From Limnothrix sp. BL-A-16 (GTDB taxonomy: Bacteria; Cyanobacteriota; Cyanobacteriia; CACIAM-69d), in contig CP166615.1 of NCBI GenBank assembly GCA_041937175.2, positions 1,600,001 through 1,664,000 of the forward strand: a stretch of 64,000 nucleotides of DNA, read 5' to 3'. This document shows positions 58,721 to 64,000 of this stretch, piece by piece. The notes under the pieces were generated by a model. The model was not told the DNA's origin and ran no database searches. It was given only the letters and a program-made list of their open reading frames with translations. Every line of letters begins with the position of its first letter. Position 1 is the stretch's first letter. Position numbers and translations under genes: made by a program.

Positions 58721-59650
58721 CTACTTAGCAACCACTTCCAGCGGGGGAGCATTCAGGGGCGCAGTCTCCGCCGATTCCGCATTGGGAGCCTCCGTCGGCG
58801 CGATCGCCCACAACAGCACCGCCGGCAACACCCCGATCGCCACACTCATCATCGTGGGCACCAGGAAGCCCGGATCCAGCGAAAACACCGTAATTGCTGC
58901 CCCAAAGGCAAAATTCACCAGATAGACAATCACCGGAACCGTCAGTTGCGATCGGGTCAAATTCAACCGCTGACCACGCCACAACAGCGCCGCCACCGAC
59001 ATAAACACCATCCCCGTCGCCACCCAACCCGACAGGTTGCGATAGGGCATTCCAAAGAACTCGCCAATTTCCTCAAATTCCCAGAAGGGCAGCGACGTTT
59101 GGCTCATGGCCGGATCCAACACCAGATCCCAAGCCATCAGCAACACCGCACCACCCACCACGGCCCCCGCCTGGCGCAGCAGTCCCGGCAAATTCAAACG
59201 CTCCAGCCCGACCATCACCAGCAGGTAGCAAACCGCACCCATATAAAACCAAGACAGCGGAATCGTGAACGGCACTAAACCCGCAACCTTATATCCCAAC
59301 CCCGACAGGTAGTGATAGTGGCCAAAGGGGAAGCCTGTGCTGGTTCCAAGCAGTTCGCTACCCAAGGACAAGCCCACCGAGGGCAAGAAAAACAGCAACA
59401 TCCGTTGCCAACCCAAAACGCGGGCCAGGTACAGGGCCACGGCCGCTGCACCCAGGATGATGTAGCCAACACCCCCCTGACCCATACTCCATTGAAAAAA
59501 TTGGATCCCAATGGGCGGCAAGCTGGCGATCAGGTCAGGACGAGGCAAGACGTACAGCAACCCAGCCAGGCCAAACGCCATGGCAATAATGTGACCTATC
59601 AGGCAAGCGCGCTCAATCAACGAGAGCGGCTGTTGGGGCAGTGACTTCAT
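58721..59650 (-). CDS. cruF: gamma-carotene 1'-hydroxylase
   Basis: SELLGTSTGFPFGHY, WDLVLDPAM, PYRNL.GW. Confidence 0.9.
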   Translation of the reverse strand: MKSLPQQPLSLIERACLIGHIIAMAFGLAGLLYVLPRPDLIASLPPIGIQFFQWSMGQGGVGYIILGAAAVALYLARVLGWQRMLLFFLPSVGLSLGSELLGTSTGFPFGHYHYLSGLGYKVAGLVPFTIPLSWFYMGAVCYLLVMVGLERLNLPGLLRQAGAVVGGAVLLMAWDLVLDPAMSQTSLPFWEFEEIGEFFGMPYRNLSGWVATGMVFMSVAALLWRGQRLNLTRSQLTVPVIVYLVNFAFGAAITVFSLDPGFLVPTMMSVAIGVLPAVLLWAIAPTEAPNAESAETAPLNAPPLEVVAK

Positions 59651-59992
59651 GACACTCCTCAAAGTTTCGAGACACCGATCGCATCCGGCCAGTCGGGCCC
59701 GGATGGTGTCTAACTAGTTTACGAATCTTTAAGAGGATTTTTTAAAAAAGATGAGATTTTGCCAATCCAAGGCCGATCATTCCCCTGGATTGCTGCCAGC
59801 TCAGCCGAATCATGACCAACGCCTGGAGTGATGCCAATTTCGAGCGTCAATGCTACAAATCCTCCGCTGAAACCCTTATCAGACAAGAATCTTGAGTAGC
59901 GTCAATTCACGAAATTGGTATTAGCCCCAGGAGTTGCCCTCAGGGATTGACCGCAAGGGGGTGACCTTAAGGGCTTCATTGGATGCCAGCCC

Positions 59993-62900
59993 CTAGGTTG
60001 CGGGATGGGAAGTCGAGGCCATGGGGCCCGTTTGGTGATGTGGAATTTCAATGACGAAGGTGGCTCCCTGACCGGGCGCAGATTCGCAAATCAAGCGGCC
60101 CCCATGGCGCTCTGTCACGATTTGATAGCTGATCGACATGCCCAGACCCGTACCCTTGCCCACGGGCTTGGTGGTAAAGAAGGGATCGAAGAGTCGTTGT
60201 TGAATGTCTGGGGCGATGCCTGGCCCATTGTCTGACAGTTGAACTTGCACCCAATGCGGGCCGATCGCCCGGGTCGTGATTGTGATTTGGCTGGGGTGGT
60301 TTTTGATGGCTTCGGTGTCGCGGAGGCGATCGCGCTCCTCAAGGGCATCGATCGCATTCACCAAAATATTCATAAACACCTGATTGAGCTGCCCCGCATA
60401 GCACTCCACCCTGGGCAAAACGCCGTATTGCTTCACCACCTCAATTCCCGGATGTTCCGGCTTGGGTTTCAGGCGATTTTGCAAAATCAGCAGGGTGCTA
60501 TCAATTCCCTCGTGCAAATCCACCTCCTTCACGTCCGCCTCATCCAACCGGGAGAAGTTCCGCAAGGAGGAGACAATTTCCCGAATTCGATCGGTGCCCA
60601 CCCGCATGGACTGCAACAGCTTGGGCAAATCTTCCGCCACAAATTCCAAATCCACTGCCTCAATCAGGTCGTTGAGATCAGGGTCTGGATTGGGAATGCG
60701 TTCTTGATAGGCTTGCACAATTTCCAGCAGGTCTTCCGCGTAGCGATGGGCATGGCTGAGGTTGCCGTGGATGAAGTTCACGGGGTTGTTGATTTCATGG
60801 GCCACGCCCGCCACCAATTGCCCCAGGCTGGACATTTTTTCGCTTTGGATCAGTTGATTTTGCGTATGTTGTAGATCCAGCAATGCCGCTTCGAGGTCGG
60901 CGGCCTTTTGTTGGAGGGCATCTTCGGCTTGGCGACGCTTGGTGATGTCGATCGAGGTGGCCACAATTCGATAAACACGCCCCTTCTTGTCAAACAGCGG
61001 ATTCAGGGTGGTCAGCAGCCACAAACGTCCCCGCTGGGTAGTGACGTATTCATCCTGAACAATGGTTTGGCGTTGGTCTACGCAGCTCCAATAATGAGCT
61101 TCCATGATGGTTCCGTATTCTTCGCCAAACACTTCGGTGGGGGTGTGGTGATAGACCCGGGATTCATGCAAGCCGGTCACGCGGGCGCTGGCCGCATTCC
61201 AACCGATATATTCCAACCGGTGATCGGGCAGGACGGCCAAAACGAAGATGGGATATTCCACCCCGTCAAAGATGGTGCGCAGGAAGGCTTCGCGATCGAA
61301 CAGTTCCAGTTCCGCCAACTTGCGATCGGTAATATCCGTGTGAACCCCCACCCACTCATAGACATTGGCCACATCATCCAGAATCGGCACGGCCCGCACA
61401 CTCATGTAGCGATATTGCCCGTCATAGCGCCGCAGCCGGTGCTCCAGGGTGAAGGGCTGTTTGCTGATGATGGAACGAGACCAGGCGGCCTCCGTGGTGG
61501 CGCGATCGTTGGGGTGAATGGCCTTCAGCCAACCCCAGCCCAACAAATCCTGGCGCGATTGGCCCGTAAAGGCCCGCCACTTGGGTTGATCAGCCGCAAA
61601 CTCTCCCAGGCGGCTGGTGACCCAAACAATTTGCGAGGTGGCTTCAATCAGGGTGCGGAACCGCACTTCGCTCCGGCGACGGATGGCCTCCGCCTGTTTG
61701 AGATCGCTGATATCCATCAAAATGCCGTAGACCCGCACGATTTGACCGTTGGTATCTCGCTCCGGCAGTCCCTTGACGCGGAAGTAGCGCGGTAACCCGT
61801 TGATGTGCTCCAGGCTCTCGAGTTCCAGATCGTAGGGTTGGCCGTCGCTGAGGCATTCTTCAAACGCCATCCGCAAGCGTTGCTGGGAGGAGGGGCTGTA
61901 GATGGCAATCGATTGATCAAACTCCGGCACGCCTCCCTCGATCGGGTAGTTAAACAGCCGAAAAATTTCCTCTGACCAACTGACTTGACCGGTTGCCACG
62001 TGATATTCCCAGGAACCCAAATGGGCCACCCGTTGGGCCTCTTGCAGGCTTTCGGTGAGGCGACGGAGCCGCTCTTGGGCTTCGTAATACTCCGTCACGT
62101 CATACATCACGACCATGGCCCCGATTTGGTAGCCATCGCTTTCTCGCAGGGGTTCTGCGTGGCAAACGATCCGGTGGGGGTCTTCGTTGGGCACATGAAC
62201 CACCATCTCGAAATCATGCACCGATTCCCCTAGGATTGCCCGGCTTAAGGGCATTTGGGATGGGGCGATCGGGGTGATGCCATCCGACTCCAGGACGGTG
62301 TAGAGGCTCATCCACTCTTCGGGCAAGAGTCCTTGCAGGTTGCAGTTGTACCACTGTCGGGCCGTGTGGTTGGCGAGGGTGATGCGCCCGGCCATGTCAC
62401 AGGCCATCACTCCGTCGGAAACGTTATCCAACACCAACTGCATGAGCGATCGCTCCTGTTGCAGGGCCACTTCCGCAGCCTTGCGATCAGTTACATCCAA
62501 AATCAACCCATCCCAGATCGATCGCCCGTCATTTAGAAACCGTCCTCGAGCGGCGGACTGGAGCCACTTCACTTCCCCTTGGGGGGTAATGATTCGATAC
62601 TCATACTGCCAATTGGTGCGGGCTGCAATGGCAACCTGAATCGATGCTTGGACGCTGAGCAAGTCATCGGGGTGGGTCAGCGTCCAGAGACTGAGGGGAT
62701 CGTTTTGGCCGCGGATGGGGTCAATGCCATAGACCTCCTGGCAACCGGGGCTGAGATACAGAAAACGCCCGACGGGATCATTGCCGGACGTTTCGTACTG
62801 ATAAATCACGCCGGGTATGCTGTCCGCCAGTCGCTGGAACCGATCGCGCATTTGCTCCAGGTTTTGCAGCGCCAATTGGCGATCGGTAATGTCCAGCAGC

Positions 62901-64000
62901 AAACCATCGGCATGTAGCGTACCTTCTTCACCCATCACCATCCGCGAAATACCTTGAATCCAGCGCAATTCACCCGAGGGCAACAGAATTCGATATTTAT
63001 GTCGCCATTCCAGTCCATGGTTCACGGCCCGCTCCATGGATTCCACAAAAGCAGTCACATCATCGGGATGCACACAACCCCACATCACCGCCGAATCCGC
63101 CAGGATCGCATCCGGCTCCACATGGAAGATCTCGCGCACCCGGGAACTGATATAGATAAATTCCCCGAGGGGGTCGCCGGCTCTGCGTCGGTACTGAAAG
63201 ACGATGCCCGGCAAATTATCGGCGATTTGTTGGAACCGGCTATTGGCCTGGCGCAGGGCCGTTTCGATCCGCCGCTGTTCGGTGATTTCAACCACGATCG
63301 TCCCGATCGCGCTGATGGTTCCTTCTCGATCCCAAATGGGGAAATAGGACAGGTTCCAAACCCGATCGGGGTCGGGGTGATGCAGTTGGGCCCCGGTCAC
63401 TTCTAGGTTCGAGATGGCTTGGCCCGTTTGCCACACTTCCTCATAAAGACGCTCCAACTGAGGGGCCAAGTTGGGCGCGGTGGTCTGCATCGTTTGTCCG
63501 AGGTGGTCTGCCACCGTGAGGCCGTTCAACTCGGACAAGCGATGATTGGCTTCCAGAATGCGATAGTGGCGATCGGTGATGGCAATTCCGATCGGGGCCG
63601 CCGCAATCAGGGACTTCAGCAACGCCTGTTGCCGCAACAGCTCCTGTTCAGACTGGTAGCGCTCCGTCACATCCTCGTAAATCACCATCAGATACTGCGG
63701 GCGATCGCCGTTCCAAATGGCAATGCGGCGGCTTTGTAACCAACGCTGCTCACCACCAATCCGCATGGGCATTGGCGGCTGATCCAAAATTTGTCGCTGG
63801 GCCAAGGCCGCCCGATCGTCCGATCGCAACTCCGCCGCCTGTTCCGGCGCAAACAGTTCATCCATGGGCTGGCCCAACAGATCCGCCGCCGCCACCCCAA
63901 ACAACCGTTCTGCGGCCGGGTTCAAGGTGCTGACTCGCAACTCCGCCGCCTCCTTCACCACCACCGGCATCGGCAAAGCATCCAACACCGCCGACAGGAA
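59993..64000 (-). CDS. multi-PAS sensor histidine kinase (5' end outside the window)
   Basis: Multiple PAS/PAC domains, AHEINNP H-box, N/G boxes. Confidence 0.93.
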   Translation of the reverse strand, partial: FLSAVLDALPMPVVVKEAAELRVSTLNPAAERLFGVAAADLLGQPMDELFAPEQAAELRSDDRAALAQRQILDQPPMPMRIGGEQRWLQSRRIAIWNGDRPQYLMVIYEDVTERYQSEQELLRQQALLKSLIAAAPIGIAITDRHYRILEANHRLSELNGLTVADHLGQTMQTTAPNLAPQLERLYEEVWQTGQAISNLEVTGAQLHHPDPDRVWNLSYFPIWDREGTISAIGTIVVEITEQRRIETALRQANSRFQQIADNLPGIVFQYRRRAGDPLGEFIYISSRVREIFHVEPDAILADSAVMWGCVHPDDVTAFVESMERAVNHGLEWRHKYRILLPSGELRWIQGISRMVMGEEGTLHADGLLLDITDRQLALQNLEQMRDRFQRLADSIPGVIYQYETSGNDPVGRFLYLSPGCQEVYGIDPIRGQNDPLSLWTLTHPDDLLSVQASIQVAIAARTNWQYEYRIITPQGEVKWLQSAARGRFLNDGRSIWDGLILDVTDRKAAEVALQQERSLMQLVLDNVSDGVMACDMAGRITLANHTARQWYNCNLQGLLPEEWMSLYTVLESDGITPIAPSQMPLSRAILGESVHDFEMVVHVPNEDPHRIVCHAEPLRESDGYQIGAMVVMYDVTEYYEAQERLRRLTESLQEAQRVAHLGSWEYHVATGQVSWSEEIFRLFNYPIEGGVPEFDQSIAIYSPSSQQRLRMAFEECLSDGQPYDLELESLEHINGLPRYFRVKGLPERDTNGQIVRVYGILMDISDLKQAEAIRRRSEVRFRTLIEATSQIVWVTSRLGEFAADQPKWRAFTGQSRQDLLGWGWLKAIHPNDRATTEAAWSRSIISKQPFTLEHRLRRYDGQYRYMSVRAVPILDDVANVYEWVGVHTDITDRKLAELELFDREAFLRTIFDGVEYPIFVLAVLPDHRLEYIGWNAASARVTGLHESRVYHHTPTEVFGEEYGTIMEAHYWSCVDQRQTIVQDEYVTTQRGRLWLLTTLNPLFDKKGRVYRIVATSIDITKRRQAEDALQQKAADLEAALLDLQHTQNQLIQSEKMSSLGQLVAGVAHEINNPVNFIHGNLSHAHRYAEDLLEIVQAYQERIPNPDPDLNDLIEAVDLEFVAEDLPKLLQSMRVGTDRIREIVSSLRNFSRLDEADVKEVDLHEGIDSTLLILQNRLKPKPEHPGIEVVKQYGVLPRVECYAGQLNQVFMNILVNAIDALEERDRLRDTEAIKNHPSQITITTRAIGPHWVQVQLSDNGPGIAPDIQQRLFDPFFTTKPVGKGTGLGMSISYQIVTERHGGRLICESAPGQGATFVIEIPHHQTGPMASTSHPAT

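Noticed and set aside
8400..64000. Very frequent GCGATCGC as a novel repeat
   Set aside because: This is the known cyanobacterial HIP1; it is useful only as a marker of native versus foreign DNA.

Overview
Cyanobacterial chromosome segment. The HIP1 octamer GCGATCGC is very frequent, and cyanobacterial genes such as cruF/cruG, ycf52, Uma2 and CHAT are present. From about 8.5 kb onward it is mostly core genes: phosphoketolase, secreted adenosine deaminase, Slt, pgsA, nnr, DedA, MscS, mntP, orphan ParA, glucokinase, phoX, glyA, TPR-CHAT, a GT41 glycosyltransferase, a tyrosine recombinase, LysE, TamB, an Hpt protein, cruG, cruF and a PAS histidine kinase. The main unusual feature is at about 550-8700. 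An AT-rich, HIP1-poor train of five integron-like gene cassettes is docked behind the phosphoketolase gene. It carries a TRADD-N-associated membrane protein, an AhdI-like C-R/M-S restriction system, a Dam-family MTase with an HNH endonuclease, and two unknown ORFs. Three cassettes have perfectly complementary GTT/AAC core sites at their two ends, and one full attC survives. The cassettes are separated by extra copies of the phosphoketolase 3' end plus an attI-like spacer, and these copies differ mostly at synonymous sites. No IntI gene is in the window. A second theme is a REP-like palindrome (ACAAGGGGCTTAAGCCCCTTGT) that is carried by small MITEs, is targeted by them in nested fashion, and sits at sites of local tandem amplification. 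All calls are made by eye from motifs; no database searches were run.
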